Program-made: the position numbers and the translations under genes
Part shown: piece by piece, positions 18,087-25,874 of the stretch
How positions within the stretch are numbered: the first letter of the stretch is position 1
Layout of the letters: each line of letters begins with the position of its first letter
The notes under the pieces: model-generated
Seen by the model: the letters and a program-made list of their open reading frames with translations, nothing else
Told to the model about the DNA's origin: nothing
Database searches by the model: none
Assembly: GCA_964576505.1 (NCBI GenBank)
Contig: CAZNVD010000005.1
Location: 1 to 46,704, forward strand
DNA: 46,704 nt
Source: an uncultured Methanosarcinales archaeon
Lineage (GTDB): Archaea > Nanobdellota > Nanobdellia > Woesearchaeales > WJKV01
Reading direction: 5' to 3'

Positions 18087-18186
18087 GGCAAAAACATATA
18101 TAAACATATCTCTTCTGTAAAAGCACATTATTTACTTTTAGAAATCAGAATATCCTCGATAATTAATAATAAAAAATAATAATCAC
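18087..18186. repeat. Intergenic promoter block, copy A (about 100 bp, repeated at 20851-20953)
   Basis: Hand alignment: ..aacatatataaacatatctcttctgtaaaagcacattatttacttttagaaatcagaatatcctcgataattaataataaaaaa.. against ..aacaatatataaacatatctcttctagaaagaaagcttttttacttctaaaaaaaatagaatctcctcgataattaataataaaaaaa.. Confidence 0.85.
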
Positions 18187-18231
18187 CAATTAGAAAAAAC
18201 AAACTAATTTAATCAATAATTTATCATGAGA

Positions 18232-20781
18232 TCAAACATCACTAACCACAGCATCACCACTTAATCCAACAGCTTTTGTAACACTCTTCGCCTTTGTTAC
18301 AACAGATCTCCAGAATCTCTGCCACCACGATAATGGTTTAACTTCTTTAGTCTCTGCATACTCAACAACTTTCTGTCCAATCTCCTCAGATAATTTCTCA
18401 GGAAGTTTTTCTTCCACAGAATCTCGAAGCTGAGGAGGAAGAGCAGCTGTCACAGCCCTAGCCCGCATAACATTCTTTCCTATCACAGTAGCTTTTCTGT
18501 CAAAGTCAGGCTCTTCAGAATCAAAAGAAAGTGCATCCTCTTCTACGACTTCAGGAGTAAGCCCAGAAGTAACAGCTTTACTTATCTTAGTACCAACCTC
18601 ATCTCCAGCATAACTTCGGACACCATCTTTTAATTTAGCTTTTCTTTCAACAGGAATGTCAGCTTTATCAATTGCATCATCATACGAGCTTATAACAAAC
18701 ATTACATCATCACCATATTCAAGAATAGAAGGTCCATCAACAGTTCCAGATTCATCTACAAGAGTAAGTGCTGATGAATCAATCAGATTTGAATCATCAG
18801 CAAAAGCGGTAGCAATTACATAATCAACCTCATCATCAATTGCAGAAACAACTTTTCTTCCTTCAGATTCATCCAATTTAGCAAGAAGACGCTTCTTAAA
18901 GAGCTCAGCACGAGTCAAAGAATCACCAAATTCAGTTGCAAATTTCTCATCTTTGTAATCAATACGTCTATGTCCTGTTCCAACATAATCGGAAATTTTT
19001 CTACTAACAGCAGCTGAAAAGTCATCCTCAACACTGGAATCGATAGTACCAAGTTCCCTCGATACTCTGTTAAGACCATGATGATAATCAACTAAAGGTC
19101 CAATTTTTTTATCAATATCAGAATAATCTCCCCTTTTTGCCCTTTCAAGCACTGCATCATCATCCAGATCAGTTAAAATATCATCAACATCATGAGTTAC
19201 ACGAGTATTAATGAGATCAGAATAAACACCAGCATGAAGTTCATCCAGTTTACCATCATAACTTTCTCGGAATCCTCCCTCTAAAACTTTCTTTGTTTTT
19301 CGAAGTCCTCCATCCTCAACTTTCTGTGAAGTATCAAGAACATAACCACGTACATCATTGCTCAAATCAATTAAACGAGGAATTTCAGCAGGATCTTTAG
19401 CACTTGCATCAACTAATTTTTTGAGTTCACCTCTTTTAGAACCAAACACTTTATCAGCAATATGCGATCCCAAGACAGCATTACTCAATACATTCAATCC
19501 AGAGTCATCTCCTAACTGTGTTATTCTTGCATTTTTGTAACGAGTTTTCATTGAATCAATATCTCGAGCTACCTTCACAATATCATCAGGAGTAAAATCA
19601 TCACCAAGCGCACCAAGTCTATTAGCCAAAGTATTTTCAATTTCATCTAAATAAATCCCATCTACAACCTCAGCCGCAATACGAGTAGCTCCATTGCAGC
19701 CAGAATCCTCTTCAGCAACAATACCTCGATCTATCGAAGCTCCTTTTGCAAGGAAATTTCCAATACGATTTCTACTCGATTCATCAGCATCGCCCTTCAC
19801 TATTTTTGATACTTCAGTCCTAATATTATCTTCAGCAGCAACACGAGAAAACTCAGCCTTCACTGTTTCAGCAATCTTTTCATCTCTGATACCGAGCACA
19901 TCAGCTCTCGAGACTCCTTCCTTTCGCAGCCCAACCTGAAGATCAAGTGCTTTGTTGTTTAATGCAACCAACCTTTCTTTTGCCTTCTCACTATCTGCAG
20001 ATTTAGTCACAATTGAACGCAAATCAGCACTAACTGTAGCTTTTTCAAACTCTCTGTTAACTTGATTAATTGCAAACGCAGTAGGAGCATCAGTAACTTT
20101 TTCTTCAATTTTCGGCCTCAATGTTCCAATCAAATCTTTTCGTGACATACCAGCAGGTCCCATTGATTTTAGACCTACTTCAGCACGAGGCTTTGATTCA
20201 GCAACAGGAACAATTTCATTAATAACTCGTTGTATTTCGGCAAGATCTTGAAGTTCATCCTCAGCCCCACCAGCATAGGGACTTGCATCCTCACCTGCTC
20301 GGAGAAGCACTGAAACACGCCATTCAAGTTCTGAGAGTTTTCCAATAACATTATACAATGTTTCAGATTCATCAACACCTTCAACCAAAACCATTGACTC
20401 AGCACCCAATCCAGCACCATCTTCCAAACGTTCAATTCGTGATTCAGCACTACGAATTCGAGATACTAATGAGTCAATTCGGTAAGAATAGTCATCAGCT
20501 CCAGAAACTCCAAATTGACCAAGATCACTATATGCACCATAAAGATCATACATTTCATTATCAGTCAGTCCACGTTGAGATGCCTGATCACGAGTAACCA
20601 AAGCAGCAGCCGAAGAAGGTACAATACAGTCAATACCACCACCCAGAGATTTCTGGATTGCAAGTGCAGTTATTCGTCTCCCACTTGTCGTATCCAAAGA
20701 AGTAGTTGCACTAACAGTACTACCAAGCATCAATAAAACTAGGAAAGATACACCAATTTTTAAAAACAAATCACTCATCAT
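18232..20781 (-). CDS. 849-aa acidic secreted protein sharing the giant protein's signal peptide
   Basis: ORF track. N-terminus MMSDLFLKIGVSFLVLLMLGSTVSA. A 23-nt run, gcactaacagtactaccaagcat, is identical at 20708-20730 and 17318-17340. GAGG lies at 20786-20789. No other TM segment is evident. The C-terminus is basic and Trp-rich (SWWQRFWRSVVTKAKSVTKAVG). Confidence 0.85.
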   Translation of the reverse strand: MMSDLFLKIGVSFLVLLMLGSTVSATTSLDTTSGRRITALAIQKSLGGGIDCIVPSSAAALVTRDQASQRGLTDNEMYDLYGAYSDLGQFGVSGADDYSYRIDSLVSRIRSAESRIERLEDGAGLGAESMVLVEGVDESETLYNVIGKLSELEWRVSVLLRAGEDASPYAGGAEDELQDLAEIQRVINEIVPVAESKPRAEVGLKSMGPAGMSRKDLIGTLRPKIEEKVTDAPTAFAINQVNREFEKATVSADLRSIVTKSADSEKAKERLVALNNKALDLQVGLRKEGVSRADVLGIRDEKIAETVKAEFSRVAAEDNIRTEVSKIVKGDADESSRNRIGNFLAKGASIDRGIVAEEDSGCNGATRIAAEVVDGIYLDEIENTLANRLGALGDDFTPDDIVKVARDIDSMKTRYKNARITQLGDDSGLNVLSNAVLGSHIADKVFGSKRGELKKLVDASAKDPAEIPRLIDLSNDVRGYVLDTSQKVEDGGLRKTKKVLEGGFRESYDGKLDELHAGVYSDLINTRVTHDVDDILTDLDDDAVLERAKRGDYSDIDKKIGPLVDYHHGLNRVSRELGTIDSSVEDDFSAAVSRKISDYVGTGHRRIDYKDEKFATEFGDSLTRAELFKKRLLAKLDESEGRKVVSAIDDEVDYVIATAFADDSNLIDSSALTLVDESGTVDGPSILEYGDDVMFVISSYDDAIDKADIPVERKAKLKDGVRSYAGDEVGTKISKAVTSGLTPEVVEEDALSFDSEEPDFDRKATVIGKNVMRARAVTAALPPQLRDSVEEKLPEKLSEEIGQKVVEYAETKEVKPLSWWQRFWRSVVTKAKSVTKAVGLSGDAVVSDV

Positions 20782-20850
20782 TTAACCTCATTTTTTCAAA
20801 AAAAATGAACTTTCAGTAAACAATACTAAGCATTTCACATACTGCAAAAA

Positions 20851-20953
20851 AGCAAAACAATATATAAACATATCTCTTCTAGAAAGAAAGCTTTTTTACT
20901 TCTAAAAAAAATAGAATCTCCTCGATAATTAATAATAAAAAAACATTACACCA
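20851..20953. repeat. Intergenic promoter block, copy B (includes the TATA core at 20859-20874)
   Basis: See copy A. Here the block lies about 80 nt upstream of the 849-aa ORF start. Confidence 0.85.
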
Positions 20954-20969
20954 TTTAAGCACTTACACC

Positions 20970-21003
20970 TTAAACCAGATCAATTAAAATCCTTTACAAC
21001 ACT
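20970..21003 (-). pseudogene. Decayed 3'-end remnant of a third small Cys-rich protein gene
   Basis: Minus strand reads ..tgt taa agg att tta att gat ctg gtt taa. The intact paralog reads ..tgt aaa ggg act ttg aag act ttg att gat ctg gtt taa (22267-22308). The terminal IDLV-stop and the flanking acac are the same, with an internal deletion and a premature stop. Confidence 0.6.
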
Positions 21004-21046
21004 TATCAACAAAGAAAGAAAATGGCTTTATTAATTTATTTGATCA

Positions 21047-21079
21047 GGTGACCACAAAAAGATACAAATGTAGTCACCC
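21047..21079 (+). repeat. Direct repeat, left copy (ggtgaccacaaaaagatacaaatgtagtcaccc)
   Basis: It matches 22052-22083 (ggtgaccacaaaaagagataaatgtagtcaac) with 2 mismatches over the first 30 nt. The right copy contains the last codons and stop of the Fic gene (GDHKKR*). An extra atgtagtcaccca copy lies at 21098-21110, so the two copies flank the TATA-like atttaaata. Confidence 0.85.
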
Positions 21080-21121
21080 ATAACCAAAATATTTAAATAT
21101 GTAGTCACCCAAATAAAGAAT

Positions 21122-22072
21122 ATGCACGTAGAAAAAAGAAAATTAAACAAAAAAACCAAATATTATCTAGCTCATTCATACAGAGAAGGTTCTAAAATCC
21201 ACAAATTCAGAAAATATCTTGGTCAAGATATCAAAACAGAGAAATTAAACGAAAGAAAAGAAATAGCAGAAAAACTCATCCTAGAGGAAATCCACAAATA
21301 CAACATCATCAAAGATCCACTAGATTTTGAACTTTCACATAAAGAAATAGAATCAATTAAAAAGCAGGAATTAGAAATTCCATTGAAAATAGCCCACCTA
21401 TCTGAGCAGGATTGGAAATTATTCTCAGAAATATTCACATATCATACCAATGCTATCGAAGGCAGCAAACTAAATCAAAAGGAAGTAAGAAATATACTGG
21501 AAAAGGACAAGTGGCCAGATAAATCAAAAGAAGATATTGCCGAAGCATATGGTGTAGACGAAGCAATAAGATTTATCAGAGGAGCAAAAGAGCACATTTC
21601 AATAGAACTTATTCAAAAAATCCACAAGATTGTATTCAAAAATTCAAAACCATTTGCTGGAAAGCTGAGAAAAAAAGGAGAAGATGTAGTTGTCATAGAT
21701 AACAATGGAAATATTGTACACGAAGGAGCTCCTCAACCAAGAATCAAGCATCTACTCAATGAGTTAATAGATTGGTACAAAAAGAACAAGTCAAAGTATC
21801 CAGCCCTCATCCTGGGAGCAGTAATTCATAATCAATTTGAGAACATTCATCCATTCAGAGACGGCAATGGCAGAGTTGGCAGAATACTATTAAACAACAT
21901 TCTACTAAAGCACAATTTGCCTCCGATCAACATAGACTTTGTAAACAGATTAGAATATTATGAATCATTAAAATCCTACGAGCTAAACAAAGATCTAAAG
22001 CCAACAATAAATTTATACTTGAAAGAATATCAAAATTTGAAGAAAAAATTAGGTGACCACAAAAAGAGATAA
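21122..22072 (+). CDS. fic: Fic-domain protein (AMPylase family) carrying an N-terminal inhibitory-helix motif
   Basis: Canonical HxFx(D/E)GNGRxxR motif present as HPFRDGNGRVGR. An upstream (S/T)xxxE(G/N) motif is present as TNAIEG, the class II auto-inhibited arrangement. Confidence 0.9.
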   Translation: MHVEKRKLNKKTKYYLAHSYREGSKIHKFRKYLGQDIKTEKLNERKEIAEKLILEEIHKYNIIKDPLDFELSHKEIESIKKQELEIPLKIAHLSEQDWKLFSEIFTYHTNAIEGSKLNQKEVRNILEKDKWPDKSKEDIAEAYGVDEAIRFIRGAKEHISIELIQKIHKIVFKNSKPFAGKLRKKGEDVVVIDNNGNIVHEGAPQPRIKHLLNELIDWYKKNKSKYPALILGAVIHNQFENIHPFRDGNGRVGRILLNNILLKHNLPPINIDFVNRLEYYESLKSYELNKDLKPTINLYLKEYQNLKKKLGDHKKR

Positions 22073-22083
22073 ATGTAGTCAAC
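22052..22083 (+). repeat. Direct repeat, right copy, overlapping the Fic stop codon
   Basis: See 21047-21079. Confidence 0.85.
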
Positions 22084-22189
22084 GAAATTAGGGGACCCGC
22101 CTACCACGATCTGACGACCATGGCTTGCCGGCGGTTCCAATATGTTAATCCTAATTTCGAGGACCCAGAAAATCCTTTGGGATTTTCTG
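22083..22189. other. GC-rich structured island (candidate small ncRNA, or a bidirectional terminator between convergent genes)
   Basis: 33 of 50 nt are G+C across 22091-22140, in an AT-rich background. A perfect 10-bp helix pairs cgaaattagg (22083-22092) with cctaatttcg (22150-22159). It is stacked on an 8/9 helix pairing ggacccgcc (22093-22101) with ggcggttcc (22130-22138). A separate perfect 10-bp hairpin, cagaaaatcc-tttg-ggattttctg, lies at 22166-22189. Confidence 0.45.
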
Positions 22190-22266
22190 TGTCACCCACT
22201 ATTCAACCAAAACCTCATCAGTAATTCTTAGTTTTATCCACCTCTAAAAGAAAACATATTTACACA

Positions 22267-22668
22267 TTAAACCAGATCAATCAAAGTCTTCAAAGTCCCT
22301 TTACAAGTAGATATCCCACCTGTAAACGACGACAACAAGGCACTGTCAAAGCTTCCATCATCAAAACTACACTCCATCGCTGATCCCTCAAACATCACTT
22401 TAATATTCTGCGGCTCTGAACCATCAAGAGACAAGATCTGCTTTTCTACAGCACAATTATCGAGCACAGTATAACCAACCGTAGCAGTAGCAATCACATT
22501 CTCAAAATAAGCAGACTTACAATCTTTAGCACGATTAATAAAACAGGTTTCATCAGTGCAAGTAACACTTCTAAAAGCTGAATATGATAATAATCCAACT
22601 AAAACAATCACTCCAAATAATCCTAAATACACATATACAGAAAACAAAGAATTTTTTCGGCTTTTCAC
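22267..22668 (-). CDS. Small Cys-rich membrane-anchored protein, paralog 2 (133 aa, GTG start)
   Basis: ORF track. It has the same architecture and the same six conserved Cys as 17665-18075 (VTCTDETCFINRAKDCKSAYFEN.. against VNCSDEMCFLARAQKCKPVYFEN..). Confidence 0.8.
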   Translation of the reverse strand: MKSRKNSLFSVYVYLGLFGVIVLVGLLSYSAFRSVTCTDETCFINRAKDCKSAYFENVIATATVGYTVLDNCAVEKQILSLDGSEPQNIKVMFEGSAMECSFDDGSFDSALLSSFTGGISTCKGTLKTLIDLV

Positions 22669-22703
22669 CTAAAAAGAAAAAGAAACAAGATATATAAATG
22701 TTG

Positions 22704-23105
22704 TCACCAGGACTGCACTTTGAGATACTTCTTTTTCACAAGAGGCAAATAATCGGAATCTCCTGAAAGCAGTATGTCAGCTCCAACCATTTTGGAAGTA
22801 GCAGCAACAAATGAATCCAACAAAGACAAACCATAACCCAAAGACACACGAGCAGACTCCCTGGCAATCATTACATCTGGAATAATCAACTGTATTTTGT
22901 CTGATGATCCAACAGAATCAAAAAATGTATCAATTTCTTCCTTTGAAACCCCTCGCTGAAGAAGTTTTTTAGTTGCTTCAGCAAAAACAGTTAATGGAAT
23001 ATAAAGACGATCTTTACCTTCCCTCACTCCTTCCATTATTCTGACTGCTTTGAGATCCTTTGAAAACAATCCAAGAATATACCAAGTATCAGCACAATAC
23101 CTCAT
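22704..23105 (-). CDS. vapC: PIN-domain toxin (VapC-like)
   Basis: About 130 aa with an N-terminal Asp (CADTWYIL) and a C-terminal LLSGDSDY signature. It overlaps the upstream AbrB-type gene by 4 nt (ATGA). Confidence 0.75.
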   Translation of the reverse strand: MRYCADTWYILGLFSKDLKAVRIMEGVREGKDRLYIPLTVFAEATKKLLQRGVSKEEIDTFFDSVGSSDKIQLIIPDVMIARESARVSLGYGLSLLDSFVAATSKMVGADILLSGDSDYLPLVKKKYLKVQSW

Positions 23106-23374
23106 CTATGCTCCCTTTTTCGTTCTTGTTTAACTTCTTCCCAAGCCTCTCTCCAATCAAAGGTACGCATAGTAGAAATAAGCTCCAATATCTTATCCTC
23201 GGGAGATTTAATGACCGACTTTCTCAATATGATATCACCACTAGAAGTATGTGTGACAACAAAAGTATCATCCTCTTTCAATGCATCCTCATCTCTGATT
23301 TTCTTAGGAATAGTGATTTGCCCTTTTTTTCCCATTTTGACTTTGTCCGTGTAGAACATATGTTTGTGCTCCAT
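23102..23374 (-). CDS. vapB: AbrB/SpoVT/MazE-type antitoxin (VapB-like)
   Basis: GQITIPKKIRDEDALKEDDTFVV is a typical swapped-hairpin AbrB motif. It is translationally coupled to the PIN gene. A TATA box (ctttataaat on the minus strand) lies about 25-30 nt upstream. Confidence 0.8.
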   Translation of the reverse strand: MEHKHMFYTDKVKMGKKGQITIPKKIRDEDALKEDDTFVVTHTSSGDIILRKSVIKSPEDKILELISTMRTFDWREAWEEVKQERKREHR

Positions 23375-23512
23375 ACTAATAAGTAAGGAATTCCGAATTT
23401 ATAAAGATTTCCGAAAAAAAGGAATTTTTTAAATATTGCTGCAAATTAGTAAAAGACAAAAGTTTCGGATAATGAACGTCTTAAACTCTGAACAGGGAAG
23501 GTCTTTTACTAG

Positions 23513-23557
23513 TTAGAAAACGACAACTAATTATAAGTTAATTTTGTCGTTTTCTAA
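23513..23557. other. Perfect 14-bp inverted repeat with a 17-nt loop (ttagaaaacgacaa ... ttgtcgttttctaa)
   Basis: Read directly. It lies in the 610-bp poorly coding gap between 23374 and 23984. Confidence 0.8.
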
Positions 23558-23750
23558 ATTAAACCAATTTCAATAGTTTCTCTCTTAATGCATCCAATCT
23601 CAAAAGTACATACTACTAGAAATTTCCTACTCCAAATGGAAGAAGTAATCGAAAACATCGCACAAGAAGAAATAAATAAAGTAAGAAATAAATTGCAAGA
23701 AAAATATAAATATCTGAGAGTTATTTATTACAAAAATAACAAACAAAATC

Positions 23751-23972
23751 ATGGTAAAAACCAAATCTAATCAGGAAATATTTAACGAATTTATCACAGT
23801 ATTTGAAAAAAGAAAATTACCAAAAAATATTGATTGGGACAAACTATATTATTTACAGTTTGAAAAAGACTCAAGCTGCACATATCATAGGCTTCTTGAA
23901 TTGCTTCACAAAGGAGTAAATATGGGAAAAATAAAATGTATCAAAAGAGAAGAACTATATCATCGCAATTAA
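23751..23972 (+). CDS. Hypothetical small protein (73 aa); weak call
   Basis: ORF track only. The composition is plausible but there is no recognisable motif. Confidence 0.3.
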   Translation: MVKTKSNQEIFNEFITVFEKRKLPKNIDWDKLYYLQFEKDSSCTYHRLLELLHKGVNMGKIKCIKREELYHRN

Positions 23973-23983
23973 TACTAAACCAA

Positions 23984-25015
23984 CTAAATATTCCCGGATT
24001 TAGGATAATATTGCTTAAGCTTAAGACCAAGCTCATGCTTAAGATCTTTATGTTGATTCATCACAGTTTTCCTAACATCCTCCATATGCTTGATCTCAGC
24101 CTCTGAAATCATCCTATACAGTTCATACACTAAGTGAACATAACTTGCAAGATCTCTTACAAAATAAGCCTCATTTCCACTCCACACAAAAAAATCAGGA
24201 TCAATATTTGCAATTTCTCCATGCGGAGTGCCATTTACAGGAGAAACCACATATTGGCTCGTTGTTCTGTCCAACAACTCCATAAGTCCATAACTATGAA
24301 CTTTACCAACATACTCTCCAAGAAGCTGAGGATCAAGAGCAGCATCACGAAGACTAGTGCCAAAAAAGGTTCTAACATAGTGCATTGTCATTCCATCATC
24401 ACAAACTGTATGAAAAGGAACAGTTATTCTAGGACATCCAAGCGCATATACTTCTTCCAGTGCTTTGACAAGTATTGGCTCAGGAACAAGATTCGCTTTC
24501 TTTGCATTTAAAGTTTTAGTAGCATAATTTCTTCGTACATCGTGCCCACCCATACTATCAAAGGCAGGTTGCAACGCTTCCTGATCATAAGTTCTTGCCT
24601 CACGAAATATAAACAAAGGAACACCAGCATCATTCAATTCAACAATGCTCGGGCGTTTAATTAGCCAAGGCTCAAAATTAGTCCTATACTTTACAAAACA
24701 TTCAATAGTTTTATCAGCATCAAATATAAGTCTCGCTCTGTAATTAGTTGGCAAACTTTTTCTGGCTTCAGCAGATTTAGACTTATTCACAGATGCTAAA
24801 ACACTAGCCAGATTATGCCTTTCAGATTGACTTCTTTTTCTATCGCTCCTGTTAGACCTGATTAATTCATCAAGATTTGAATATTGATCAAAAATTTGGG
24901 CAGGAGAAACAGGCTCACCTGAAGTAGCCTCATAAAACTCCAAAGACAACAATCCATCTAGACTCTTCCTATCTACAAAATACCGCATTGGACTGATTTT
25001 GGCCATAAAGATCAA
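23984..25015 (-). CDS. Hypothetical protein (343 aa)
   Basis: ORF track with protein-like composition. The segment HGEIANIDPDFF faintly recalls a kinase-like HGD..N / DF(G) pattern, but I cannot support that call. Confidence 0.7.
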   Translation of the reverse strand: MIFMAKISPMRYFVDRKSLDGLLSLEFYEATSGEPVSPAQIFDQYSNLDELIRSNRSDRKRSQSERHNLASVLASVNKSKSAEARKSLPTNYRARLIFDADKTIECFVKYRTNFEPWLIKRPSIVELNDAGVPLFIFREARTYDQEALQPAFDSMGGHDVRRNYATKTLNAKKANLVPEPILVKALEEVYALGCPRITVPFHTVCDDGMTMHYVRTFFGTSLRDAALDPQLLGEYVGKVHSYGLMELLDRTTSQYVVSPVNGTPHGEIANIDPDFFVWSGNEAYFVRDLASYVHLVYELYRMISEAEIKHMEDVRKTVMNQHKDLKHELGLKLKQYYPKSGNI

Positions 25016-25129
25016 AAATATTGCTTATTTAAAAGCGTTACTACTAATAAGAAGCACAAAAAAAGATTAAATTGAATTTGGATGCCAATTATAGAATAAC
25101 ATAAAGAAAATACAAAAAAAATGTAAAAA

Positions 25130-25774
25130 TTAAATCTTCTTAAGCTGTTCAGCAATATGCATAGCAACCTTTCTTTTCAAAGCCTCTTTAATTGCCTTGT
25201 TTCTTTCAAGCTCTTCAGTGGTTTTGGCTGGCTCAGTTGATGGACCAAAAACATTAGTCAAAGTGAAATAGCATCCATTATCCATCCAAACCCAGTCACC
25301 TTTCAAATTGATAGTATGACAAATTACACCATCCACAAAGTTATCATCAGTAACCCCATATTCTTGTTTGCACGAAGACATGAAATCTTTGTTTGATCCA
25401 CATTCTACCTCAAAATTTAAATGAGTTTTCTCACTAGTAGACATAGTTCCAGTCGAAAGTGGTTTTTTGCCAATCCAATTACATTCTGTCCTTGTTCTTT
25501 GTACAGGATACGTATGCTCAGTTCGTGTAACAGTTGCATCAGGACCTAATCCAAGCAGATTAAGAGGATTAGGAACTAATTTACCACAAAACTCTTCAGC
25601 ATTCTTGAAACCTTTATCTCCAGTACTTGGTTTAGAAGTATCAGCAGTATTTGGCATTGTAGTTGCGGGTGTGTCTGTACCAGCTTTGTCAGAAATTATA
25701 ACTGGCCCATTACAAGCCGATAGTACAACCAAAAAAACAAGCAATAAAGTTAGAATAGATTTTTTCATTACCAT
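25130..25774 (-). CDS. Putative lipoprotein (214 aa)
   Basis: N-terminus MKKSILTLLLVFLVVLSAC has a lipobox-like LSAC, followed by a T/P-rich linker and a Cys-containing domain. Confidence 0.75.
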   Translation of the reverse strand: MVMKKSILTLLLVFLVVLSACNGPVIISDKAGTDTPATTMPNTADTSKPSTGDKGFKNAEEFCGKLVPNPLNLLGLGPDATVTRTEHTYPVQRTRTECNWIGKKPLSTGTMSTSEKTHLNFEVECGSNKDFMSSCKQEYGVTDDNFVDGVICHTINLKGDWVWMDNGCYFTLTNVFGPSTEPAKTTEELERNKAIKEALKRKVAMHIAEQLKKI

Positions 25775-25874
25775 AAAACCGAAAAGAAATTACACATTTT
25801 AAATCTTGTCATAGTCAAGAAATGGTAAAGTTTAAATACAAGATTTGTCTTATTTACAAGACAAAGGTGAATTT

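Noticed and set aside
1-20781. Diversity-generating retroelement targeting the giant or 849-aa proteins
   Set aside because: There is no reverse-transcriptase ORF in the window, and I saw no template/variable repeat pair with adenine-specific mismatches. A DGR elsewhere in the genome cannot be excluded.
22083-22200. tRNA, split tRNA half or C/D-box sRNA in the GC-rich island
   Set aside because: I could not build a cloverleaf: there is no T-arm (GGTTCRAAT with a closing stem) and no matching acceptor stem. I saw no convincing C (RUGAUGA) and D (CUGA) box pair at the right spacing. It is kept only as an unclassified structured element.
18087-22310. CRISPR array or classical mobile element in the repeat-rich 18-22.3 kb region
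   Set aside because: The repeats occur only two or three times, are 30-100 bp long, and have no regular spacer periodicity. No cas, integrase, transposase or terminal inverted repeats are visible.
23588-23770. 60-aa plus-strand ORF (MHPISKVHTTRNF..)
   Set aside because: It is K/N/Q-rich and low-complexity, overlaps the next small ORF, and has no motif or clear promoter. Evidence is insufficient to call it a gene.
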